DNA of 63,398 bases, counting the filler, from Intoshia linei (lineage: Eukaryota > Animalia > Orthonectida): NCBI GenBank assembly GCA_001642005.1. It is 4 parts of 4 records of this genome, joined end to end, with 100 filler letters (N's around TTAATTAATTAA, not from the genome) between each part and the next. Parts side by side here need not be neighbours in the genome. Positions count along the whole stretch, not along the records: positions 1 to 7,069 come from LWCA01001604.1; positions 7,170 to 32,929 come from LWCA01000490.1; 2 more parts are not named here. One strand, 5' to 3'. The notes under the pieces were generated by a model. The model was given only the letters and a program-made list of their open reading frames with translations. It had not been told where the DNA came from and ran no database searches. The position numbers and the translations under genes are program-made. Position 1 is the stretch's first letter; each line of letters starts with the position of its first letter. Positions 1 to 12,100 of this stretch are shown one piece after another.

Positions 1-376
1 ACACGACAATGCTAGACCTCATACTGCTATAAAGACTAGAAAACATTTAATGAACCTTAATTATGAGGTATTAGATCACCCACCATATTCTCCAGATATT
101 GCTCCTTCTGACTATCACCTTTTTAGGTCGATGAGTAACCATTACCATGGAAAAAATACGATTCAATTGAGCATTTAAAATCTGACATTGATAACTTTTT
201 GACAAATAAAAGCCAGAGTTTTTTTCAAAATGGAATTAAGAAGCTACCGGAACGTTGGAGAAGAATTGTTGAATGCAATGGAGAATATTTTGTAGAATAA
301 AGGTTAATCAAAATTGTTATTATAGAAGTTTTAATTATAATTATAAAAACGACATTACTTTGTGAATGACCTAATA
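1..376 (+). mobile_element. Mariner (DD34D) transposon, 3' part: degenerate transposase C-terminus plus right TIR
   Basis: From nt 2 it translates as HDNARPHTA...HPPYSPDIAPSDYHLF, then after frameshifts ...LPERWRRIVECNGEYFVE* (stop at 300). It ends in AAAACGACATTACTTTGTGAATGACCTAA-TA and lies upstream of the EF-hand exon acceptor, presumably in an intron. Confidence 0.93.
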
Positions 377-406
377 GTATCGAGGTATATTTAATATTTA
401 TATTAG

Positions 407-720
407 ACGATGGATTGATTGATTTTGGCGAGTTAACAAAAATCTTGACAGTTTGCATGGAGCAAAAGATTCTTGATGAAGATTTATCTAAATGTTTCAA
501 TATATTTGATTACAACAAAGACGGGAGCGTGTGTCACATGGATATTTATAAAACTTTAAAAAAGTTCAATGAAAAATGTACATCTCTTAATGATTGTAAA
601 CTTATTGTTTATAATTTGGCCAAAAATAATGCAAGTTTTACCTTTGAAGGTAAAATTCGAAACTATTAAATATTACTTAAAACACTATATTTAGAATTTA
701 AGGATTTGTCTAAAAATTAA
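407..720 (+). CDS. EF-hand (calmodulin/centrin-like) protein, last two exons (407-649, 695-720)
   Basis: AG|DGLIDFGEL...CFNIFDYNKDGSVCHMDI...FTFE|EFKDLSKN*. EF-hand loop DYNKDG; 45-nt GT-AG intron at 650-694. The 5' exons are outside the window. Confidence 0.8.
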
Positions 721-770
721 ATTTTAACATTTTAAATTTTACAGTTTAATAAATATTACAAAATACATAA

Positions 771-3700
771 TTAATTTTCATTCAACATTTTTTTAATTTC
801 TTGAGATAAATCTGAGGCGTCTAATGTAAATGTTGATGCATCTAAATACAGTATATTAATTTGATTCAAATTGAATTTTTTTAAACCTGTTTCAGAATCG
901 TTCATTGATTCATGGGATGTAATTCTAAATGTAATTTTTATGTTAAAGTTTTTTTAAAAAATATGCATATGTAATGTATAAATGTACACATCAAGAAATG
1001 ATTACTTTTTCTTGATACTTTTTCCGGTAAATTCCATAATATCCACAGCTCCAGTTACTTTGACATTTTGACGCAACTAATTTTATGAAAATGTAACTTT
1101 TTTTTAAAATTTACATATAATTTTTGCTCCAAGATATCAGCAGATCGTTTTACATTGACATTTTCAAACCCTTCCAATTGAGAATTTTTGCTGTCATTTA
1201 AATTATCAAATATTTCATCTGTATCCATATCAGAGTTTTCCATTATAGTGTTGGAATTGACCGAATGCGTGTCTAATCTATAAAAATGTAAATGTAAAGA
1301 TTAATCAAAATTATGTAAAAATGATGTTTTAACCCAGTTTTTGTAGGTTGATTCTTTCGAAGTATCCTAGGTTTGACTTTTTTAGATGATGAATCAGAAC
1401 TTTGATGTGAAATTTCTAGAGATTTACTTGTTTCTGTTATGGTCAATGTATTTGCAATGCTTGGAGAGCTCAAAGTTTCATTGTATTTACAAAAAGTTTT
1501 ATTTGATGTTGTACTATCCCAGTTTGATCCAGATTCGTATTTATTGGATCTAAAGTAGCAAATTTATTTTACATACAATCAGGTCATTTGAAAATAGTTT
1601 AAATAGCTAAAAATCTATTAAAAGTATGATTGTTACTCTTCGTTTTCATTCAAAATTGACTCATTTGGATTCAAACTAACGACACTGAATGTATTCGTCG
1701 ATATGTTTGTATATGTTTCTGTATTTATTGAATTTTCTTTAGCAATTTTTTCTTTTTTTAGTGTTATTATTGTCGTATCTGCACTTTTTATCGTTTGACT
1801 TGTTGCATCCAATTCAGATTCCACACTATCTAATTTTACTATTGAATGATGAAAAATTGATATTAGATGAAACTTTCCCAGACAATAAGTAGTGTATTGA
1901 ATATTCAATTACATACATTAAATGTTTAAGATTTATTTTTACATAAAAGTTTATCAAGTTCTATTATCTTTAAAATTGTTATTATTAACCTTTTAATTCT
2001 AATTTTTAATTAATAACCCTTATTAATTCATATAAATCAAAAGTTCTTTTATGGAAGCGTCTACACAAGTCCTCAGAACACAGTTTATGACATATGGTTA
2101 GCATGCATAATCAGTATACAGTGCTTCTTTTCAGGTGGTAAAATAAAACACATTATTTATAAATAATACCATCTTCAGACATGGACATTATAGTTTCCAA
2201 TTGATCATTTTCAGAAACATCCTTCAATGGATTAGAAATATCATTAACAATGTCCAAAGAAACGGATTTATAAAATTCGTCTTTAGTGATATTATTAATT
2301 TTGGAGACATTATTATTCCTTATAGCGTCATCCAATTCTTTCAAATAATTCATTCGAAAATCTCCATATAATTCGTAATTCTATATTTTAAAATTCAATG
2401 ATTATATAAACACGTATTTTCCAGACTCATTTTGTTTACTTGTTTTCAGAAATTTTTGTTAAAATTTTCTAAAACAATATGCGACATCTAATATGTACTT
2501 TTTAATTGATTAAAATTAACACAAATTATTTTTCAATTCATAAAAATTACATGGATACTTATTAATTACTATCTAATAAAAATTTTTTTTTTATTAATTT
2601 GCTTTTTTTTTCATTTAATTAATTATAAGTGTCCGTATAACATACCATGACTACAAAAAAAGAATAAATTACGTGATCATTCATAATACGATCATCTCTC
2701 AACTCTCTAGTAATTTTTTCGTGCACCTCTTTAAATTTTTCAAAATTATCATTTTGCAATAAATCCTCCAGTTCTTTGAATTTTTCAAACTTTTCAATTT
2801 CTTGTTTAAACCTTTTAGTAATTTCTGACAAATTTGGCACACTTTTAAAGTTTACACTTTTTATAATAGGATTTATGGAATTTTCGGAAATTTTATTAGT
2901 TTGACTAAAATATTGAAATAAAAAATTTTAACTATTTTAAAAAATAGTAAACCGTACCTGTTTTTATTTTCCTTTGTGTCTTTGACGTGATTCACTTTTA
3001 TTCGTGGAATTGTTCGAGGTGGCTTGCATGGTATTGCTTCTGAAATTGGATATATTTCTTCCGCTGTGTCGGAATCATATTGAGTTTCCACAAAGTTTTT
3101 TTTCTAAAATTTTTTCAATTGGTTCACAAGTTCAAGAGTCCTCACCATTTTTGACGGATTGACACATTTTATAATTTTCGTAAAATAATAGTTTTGTGGG
3201 AACCAAATTTATCTTTTACTTATATAAAATTTAATGACTACATGTATGTGTGTGTTGTCGTTTAATTTAAAAAATAATCATCCTAGTTTTTATAAAAACC
3301 AATTTCTAATACAGTTTTTTCAGGGTCACTTTTTATCGGAATTTCATTATCAGAAATTGGGACCTTCATGGTCAATAACCCTTTTTTTAAAGAATCATAA
3401 GAGTCCTTGAATTTTTAATAATATAAATTCTGAGACAATTTTTTTCATGAAAACTTAAATGTCATCGCGGGATCGAGGAAGATGATCCCTGATATAGGCA
3501 TATAGTGGTAATACATGTAGGATCGCGGAGAGGGCTAGGACCATATGAAGGCCATATCTATCAAAGATGTACGATTCTAAATTAATAGGCGATTATGGAA
3601 AACGTTTTCGAACGATCGGCAAATTTTTTGACATCAACACGGTGACGCTGATTAATAAATGAATACAGGAACCAATTTTTTTAAATTTGTATATAAGGAC

Positions 3701-5860
3701 CGACAATTTTCATCTTATGGAGTCTAATGTTGGCTCTCACGGCCTTGAAAGTAGGTATTATGTAAAAGTTTCAAAATTAAACATTTGATAATGTTATGTT
3801 ATTGTTTTTGTCATGTATTTTAATTTCTAATCATGGGTCATAGCTTAGAAAAGGTTGAAGAACCTAGATCTATAAATTATAATGTATAACATGTTTACAT
3901 TCATATTACAACTCTACTCAGGGCCGGAGAGTCAGCAGTAGTCCTGGGTCAGATGAAAATTGTATACCCTTATAAAAAATGGGACACCTAACATTGCTTA
4001 ATCGATCGTTCATTATCTAAAAATTAAAAATAATCATTGAAAATCGCATTGGTGATCGAAATTTTGGTAGACTTAAGAAATTTTGCAACATTACTTGTTA
4101 ATAAATTAAAAAAGTAGCGCTATCCTGATTGTAGACCCTAGCCCCCTCTTCACAGCCCTGATTCTGCTAACCAACGTTGAAGTATCACTCAATTTATTAC
4201 CTTATAATAATTTTGTTCATTATATTGAATTTTAACGTTTTTTAATGGCTCAACTGTAGGATATTGTAAAAATTTCATTTTTTCTTTCAAATTTTTATTT
4301 TCACACTTAAGATCTTCATTTATAAACGTAATTTCATGTATCTGTTTCATATACATTTCAATTTTGGTCTAAATTGAATTAAATTGATAAATTTTTATAC
4401 TTATATAAAAATAACATTATTTTGTATCATTATTTTTTTTTTCGATAATTCAAATTGTTCATTGTAATATTTTTCTTGGCTTTTTTTACAATTTGTCAAC
4501 TAATAATATATTTATTTTTATTTACATTTTATATTTTATCCTTGATTACATAAAATAAATTAAATAACGTAATAAATTAATCTTAATACGCTGAACCGAA
4601 TCTACAGTACCAGAGACCCTCGAAAGTACTCGAAAAAAAATTTTATAAAATTTTAAGGGTTTATTTTTTATTTTCGGATGGACTCGAAATTGTTTGCTTC
4701 AGCTCTGCTTTTGAGTACAATGTTAAAAATTGAAAAACGATTGTTATAATTATAGTTATTTTAGATTGAATTTAAAATTGATAAAAATGGATTAAAATAC
4801 CGATATTTCAAATTCATTGTTTAAATTTTGTAAAAATTGATTTCTGTCTTTTAAATTAATAATGTCATTTTTTAATGTGTCGATTTTGTTTAATTGTGAT
4901 TCTATTTGTCCATTTGTTTCATTTGAGATAAAAATTTTATCTTTATACTTGGCGTGTCTCCGTGTTATGTGTGATTTGAGAAAGGAATCATCCATAAACT
5001 TTTTTTCACAATAATAACACTAAATTTGAAAATTTACACAAAAAAAAAAATTAAATAATGTTATATTTGATGTACATTGTACATGATCCTCTCTCTTTTG
5101 CCAATTCTGCGACAAATATCATTTTTACATTGTAAAGAATTTGGCTAAATCAAGAAATGGTTGACATGGGAACAATATATATTAGTATTAATTTGCATAC
5201 TTTTTTAAAAAAACATATAGAAATTTAGGGAGGGTACTAACTTTAGCATGTGGCCCAAAGGGCCACAGGGAATTTAATAAAAATGTCAGATATATTTACA
5301 TAATGTTAATAATGTGTAAAAATATGTATCTGGTAACGTCGCCTTCTGCAGAGCGATATACTGTTTGCACCAAGTACAAACAGACCAGCTAGTTTTAAAT
5401 AAATTACTTTAATAAAAGGAAGCTTAAATTCATTTTTGATCAATTTTTGTTGTGATTTTATGATATTTTGGCGGTGAGTGTTTTCCTTGCAAATTTTGAC
5501 ATATTGATCTTTTAGTTTCTTAAATCTGATTTCAATATTGGATAAAAGTCGCTGGTTTTTGCTTAAATTTTGTACGTTAATTGATGATTTCTAAAATTTA
5601 AATTAATCTATTTTTTTATATATCATCCTCGGATATATAGAATTCAATTTACATTGTACAGTAAAGCTATTCCAATTTGGACTTTTTTTGAAATTTATCA
5701 AGACATATATAGACCATAATCTCCATTTAATTTGGTGCAGAATAATATAATTTTTTTTATTTTCGTCTCAAAAAACCCCCCGTGTCTTTACCTTTTACTG
5801 TTTTTGTATAAAAATTAAAAATATTAATATTCTGCAGCAAATTAAGCGGCGTTCATTTTC
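771..5860 (-). CDS. DZIP1: DZIP1/Iguana-like ciliary C2H2 zinc-finger coiled-coil protein (multi-exon; 5' end unresolved)
   Basis: Exon 5407-5591 (...CKENTHRQNIIKSQQKLI...) splices to CYYCEKKFMDDSFLKSHITRRH (~5020-4955). This matches the DZIP1 pattern ECKRRKKMISTQQ...QCHFCDKAFMNxxFLxSHIxRRH. Coiled-coil and low-complexity exons follow; the last exon is DASTFTLDASDLSQEIKKMLNEN* with the stop at 771-773. Confidence 0.72.
3919..4160. mobile_element. hAT-type MITE
   Basis: Termini CAGGGC...GCCCTG; imperfect 8-bp TSD actctact/attctgct; intronic. Confidence 0.55.
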
Positions 5861-6156
5861 TATATATGTTATTTTTATATTAGAAAAATGGAATACACTT
5901 GTACAATCTAATTTTGTTGGTTTGTAACCATTTAAAATATATTTCAAGAATCTGGAAAGCTTGTTTTTGCGATTGTTTTATTATCAATTTTAATCTCAAT
6001 AATTTGCATCTTCACTCATCTTCACTCATCAAAACGCATATTACGATATTATATTATTACCAGTTACTTTATGTATTTTATTCGTTTATACCAAAAACTT
6101 AAAAAATCATAAAACCACAATACCAATTCAAAAAGTTTGGCATCTTTTATATCATC

Positions 6157-9100
6157 TCAATTCATATATTTTAAAAAATGTACAGTGTAAACTAACTCTA
6201 TTGTCAAATACTTTAGTATATGATTAATACACTTAAATGTATATTTAAAAATGGTGATTAATAAATTATTGTATACTATAATAAGATATAAACCTTATAT
6301 TCGTCTTCTGCTGAACCTAATATTCCCACCAAGCATTCTTGTGAAAACTAATTCATAAATACATGTATATAAAAATAAATTAACATACAACTAATAATAA
6401 ATTTAATAACTACAAATGTTTTTATAAACAATTATATAGATTTTCACCTATAGTTCTTTATTGAAAATGTGTAGACGTACAATGCACATTTTTTTGAAAT
6501 TGTAGGATCAATATTTTTATTTTAATCGAAATATTTGAAAAATATTGGTTGATAATATATTAAAAAGTATTTTTCACCCGGGAATGCGTAGATTTCTCGG
6601 GTTGAACTTTTGTATTTATATCAACTGGAATAAGCTCTATCAGAATAATTTTTTTTTTAATTTTCTAACTGTTAATTATTTCACATTTATTGTTTTAATA
6701 AAATTATTCGAAAAAAAAATATATGAATACTAAAGTGCTTTTTTGACCGTGAAGTCGTCACTTATTGGGATTGAAATTTTTTATGTGTATTAACATAATA
6801 CAACTCTACGACCTGTAAATTTTTTGAAATTCTAGGGTTGTTTTCATTAAAAAAAGAAGGGTAATTTGGTGGTTTTGGCCTTGAAGATATAATTTTTTTA
6901 AATTTAAATTTATGATAATGGTATCATTTTAATATCCATATCAGCGTATATATTTTTTTAAATTTTCCAACTCGTTTGATTTTCAACAAGAGGGACAATT
7001 GGGGTTTTTGACCCATAAGATGTAAGTTTGGGAGGTTGAAATTTATCTTATTATACGTCCCGGAAAAAANNNNNNNNNNNNNNNNNNNNNNNNNNNNNNN
7101 NNNNNNNNNNNNNTTAATTAATTAANNNNNNNNNNNNNNNNNNNNNNNNNNNNNNNNNNNNNNNNNNNNTATTCGTAAAGATATAATGATTTATAATAAA
7201 GTTACAATAAAAACGACATTACTATATGAAACGACCTAATATGTCGGTTTTTTAGGTTAGTATTTATGATATTGTTCATTAATTTAAAATCTTTCCAAGA
7301 ACTTTTGTTTTTTAAAAATCTAAGACTTTTTCACTTAAAAAAAATGAGTAATTTCGGGGTTTGGTTAGTTTCTATTTCGGAAATTTAAAATTTGTCTTAC
7401 TTTCCGCTCAGAAAAAAAAAGACGCCGTAATGACTTAAAAGCATAGTTTTTAAATTTCTGGGACTATCTGTTTTCTCAATAAATGGTTACAGACAGAAAA
7501 ACACTTTTAACAACTTTAGAAGTAAGATAAATATTATTTATGTGTCACGTACCTATTTTCAATCCTTTAAATTCTTCCAAATCGATTTGTAAATCCGTAT
7601 TCGAATCTATATCTACATTTTCCTTGTTTTTAGACCTTAAAATAAAATAATATTATAATAATAAAATTAGATGCACTTATATATTAGGTTACATATGAAT
7701 AAAAAATGTCACGCATCTACATTTAGTTATTCGTTAGAGTCAATCTTTGTGATAATCGACCTTTTTTAATCCCATTCTTTGAATTTTGATTTTGATCTTA
7801 TAATACTGCACAACACTCAAAAAAGTTATAAACCATATTTTAATAACATTTAAGGTTATATCTCCATACCACCGAAAAAAATAAAAAAATAATTGTGTGG
7901 TCAATGAGATAATTACCTAATTCAATTATTGTCATTACTATAATTATAATTACAAATATTTTTTATATATAAAGTTCAATTTGAACTTCAAATTGAATTA
8001 AAATAAATCACTTGTTTAAAACTTAATAATTTTTGTTCAATTTGTGCTATGATTAAAAAATTACTCCATCATAAAATCTACTTCATTGAGGATGAAATAT
8101 GAAGACATGTATTCTGCTCAATATTTATTAAAACTTAAATAAAATAAAAATAGACTCGAGAAAAAGTTAAATAATTTTGCTACATTAATCATCTTTATTC
8201 GTGATATAGTTAATAAGTCTGTTAAAATTTTATCCAAAACTCTTTAAAAAAGTTGGTTTTAGGGACCCCTTGACTTTTTTAAAAATTTTAATATATTTAT
8301 AAAATGTTTTTACATCCAATATAATTGTAATATAAATTAAAAAAAAGGAAAGGTTTTAAATTTTTTGTTGTTAATTCTTATGTGTCTATTTCAGTACAAT
8401 TATCAATTTCTTTTTAATTTTGAATAATATGATTATCTCAAAAAATTTCATTTTTTTAGCCATAAGAAATTGGTGGATTATGGGAATCATATTTAGATTC
8501 GTGCTTCATTTTAAACCGTGCTGAAGATTATTACTGTAAACAAAACAGACTAAAGTAACTAAAATAAAAGGAAAATTAATTTTTTTAATTTTTTAAAAGT
8601 ATACTTGATTTTTTCTATTTTTTTCGCATCATATTGTATTTCTAATGTTCTTTTTTTAGTCTAGACGTAATTAAAAATTATATTATAACAATATATTATA
8701 TATAGCTAAAAAAACCCGATTTTATTGTATAAACATTAAATATATTATCTCATCAAGGGGTAAGGTTTTCTCAATGATATTTTTGTAAAATGATGCCATC
8801 ATGGTTTCAAGTTAAAGCATTTAGTAAAATTATTATTATCAATATCACAACTTTCAGACCAAGATCATGGAGAGTTGCCTAGGGCTATAACTCAATCTTT
8901 CGTTTTCATTTTCATTTTCGAAATGTTTTTGGGCCTATTTCTGATTTAAATTCGGGAAATTTTTTTTAATATTTTCCCAAGGATACTAATAGTCATAATA
9001 CAATACCTCATTGGATAAATCTAATACATTTTCTTCTACAATTGTTGTTAAATCCGGCGATGACATGCATCTCTAAAAACTATATTAATAATTTCATATA

Positions 9101-12100
9101 AAAAATAAAAGCTACATTTATATAAATTGTGTTAATGCTTTCCAATTCATCGTCTTTTAATTCATTTTCAATCCTATCAAAATAAAAAATTACAAATGAA
9201 TAAACTTGTTCAGTAACAGTATCAGTAAAAAAGAATCTTCATTTATAAATAATAATTACTCATGATTTATCAACATTTTAACAAATGTAAATAAATAATT
9301 TATGAAATTTGCATTATAAAAAGTTTAAAAATAACTTAAATAAATAACTTTGCACAGTCAAGAACAGTCAATCTACAAATCAGCCTTTAAATCTATAAGA
9401 TAATATTCTTAAATCCAACCATTTTTACTAAAAATCCACTTTTACCAACCTTAACTGTATTTTTCATTTTAGAGTTGGTGAAACTGGAATTTTCCTTTTA
9501 ATTTTGGTAAAACTGGATTTTTCCTCTGGTAAATTCTGATTTTTAGTAAAAATGGTTGGATTTAAGTAGATACTCATTATATAAAATTAAATCAAATAAA
9601 TAAATCATAAAATTATATAAAATAACAGTCCTAGAATTTAATAAACCCAATTTCAAATATAGTTATTCGAAAGTGACATTTAAATGCACTTTCAATTTTC
9701 ATAGATTGAATCTTTCAGGGTCAAAAACCGATCTCCCTTTTTTTTTTATAAATAAAATTGGCTCAGAATTTTAAAAAACATAAAGTTTGGGACGCGTTTT
9801 AAAATCATTAGCATTGTCGTAAATTACAGCCTAAGAAATTTAAATATTCATGGTCAAAACCACAAATTACTTTTTTTTTAAAAATGAAAAAAGTTGGCCC
9901 TCTACAGTGCTAGTTGCTGTTTGTACAAACCATATAACAGTACAGCTAGTAAAATATAAAAATATACAAATTATCATCCTGATTTGAATTTTTATCAAAA
10001 TAAGCAATAATTTTTGAATCAACAGATAAAACTAAAATATTAAATATTAATTAAAAATAAATAAATCTGCATCATTGATTAATATTCTTAGTAAGTAAAG
10101 CTAGGACCACTACTGTGGCCTAGTGCATTAGTGCTCCATTGATTTTTGGGATATTTATCAATAAATTATAAAATAAGATAAATAAAATATAAAAATGTTC
10201 ACATTAATGTAGTAGATGCAACATCCTTACTTATATAATATGCTACGCGATTTTTGTTGGTGTGTGGTGTGTTCCACTTTATTTAAATAACTACCCGTCT
10301 TAGAATTTTATAAAGTCCACATTTCAAATATAGTTTTTTCCGCTAGTGGTCGCAAAAGAACTTTCAACCTCTCAGGCTCACATCTTACAGGTCAAAAACC
10401 CGAATTGTCCCGTTTTTTAATAATAATTTTAATAAAAATGTGCCCTCGGCAGAGCTAGGTCCTGTTTGTACGTAGTACATAACAGTCAACCTAGTATAAT
10501 GTATAAATATACAACAAATAATGTGAGTGGGAACCTACTAAACTGAAAAGTCCAATTTTGAATAAATAGAAATTTAGTAAGTCTGCCCAAAAGGTTTAAA
10601 AACGTGCACTGATAAAGTAAGTTTTCATTGCACCCTTAAGTTAAGCCTTGGCCCATACGAATGTTTTTGAACTATAATATATACTATGCTTAGTGTTTCT
10701 TTAATTTTTTGAGAAAGCATAAGAAAAAATATTTTTAGCAAGTGAAATTATCATACATTTTCCCCCGAATCATTACATCAAAACTATAATTTGATAAAAA
10801 TTCGATACATTTAGAAAAACTAGAAACATAAAAGTTTCATACATGATCCGTATGCTCAACACCCAGCTCATAATAAATACTTTTGCTTGATTGTTCCTTA
10901 ATCAAAGATTTATAGGCGCTTTTTATAATACTATCGCTCTTTAATGTTTTTTCAGAGGCGTCCATTATAATTACATTAGAATCTGAATTTTCATAAATTA
11001 TTTTTTTCTAAATTTAAAATAAATTTAAATCAACACATAAAAAGTAAGAAAGTAATAATAACCGTAGACGCATCTGTCAATTCATTTTTTGGTTCATGAG
11101 TAATATTGTCATTACCAATATTATTCAATTGATTTGATTTAAAAGGTTTTATTAGGAATATCACTTTATCTGTAAAGAAATTAATATAATAAATAAAATA
11201 GAAAAATCCAATTTAATTTGACACTATCATTATTAGTTACATGTTAAATTAGAGTCTGATACTGTTAATAGTTAATATTATTATTCAAAGACGTTTAGAT
11301 TTTATTTTACATTAAATACAAAATAAATTGCAAAAATCCATTTTATAATGGTAATATACTTTTTTTGACAGTTAAAAAGTTAATTTCACATACCAATACA
11401 TAGTACATAGTTTACTTGATTCTCAGTGTAATTTGGATCAATATACTAATATAAAGACATTGAGTTGTACCAAAATATGTACAATAAAAATCCCGTTTTA
11501 ATTTATTAAAATAAGTCAACTTAGCATCCCTATAAAATTGAGGGGAAAAACCTTAATCCCGATTATATCTGAAAAATTATTGGAAAAGTGACTCCAGTCA
11601 ACACTACACTATGTATCTTGAGCCAAGATCCTTGAATTTGTAATTTAAAAATTTAAAAAAATGGAAAACGCCGTTGTATTTCAAATTACATAAAAAATTA
11701 CCATTATCATTTTTAATTTCTACATGAGATTTTTCTTTACACTCGTCTACATTATATTTTGAATTAGCCTCTTGTTGATCCTTCCGTTTCTGTTTCTGTT
11801 TCTCTTTTGTTTTTTCGTTTTCTTTCTCCATATTAATTTCACTTTCATTTTCATTTTTTTTAAATGAACAATCAAATTCAATTTGAGAATTCAAACGTTT
11901 CAGTATATTTTCTCTATTATTTTGTATCCTAAAATTAATAGATAATTTTTACATATATAAAGTAAAAAATACTAATATTGAGTGTGGGTATCCTTTTATT
12001 TAAAAAACAGAAATACCAAATCACATTTTTCTGACGCAGAAATTATTTAAAATTTTTAAATTTCAAATTCAAATATTGTCAGATTCACGGCCAAATCCCA

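Noticed and set aside
6545-6733. Many short hydrophobic ORFs in the track (e.g. 6545, 21972, 26040, 38573, 42288, 51216, 59400)
   Set aside because: They fall within repeats, introns or antisense to exons; expected by chance in AT-rich DNA.
7070-7169. TTAATTAATTAA palindrome inside N runs (also 32930-33029 and 47328-47427)
   Set aside because: Identical in all three gaps; an assembly linker with stops in all frames, not biological.
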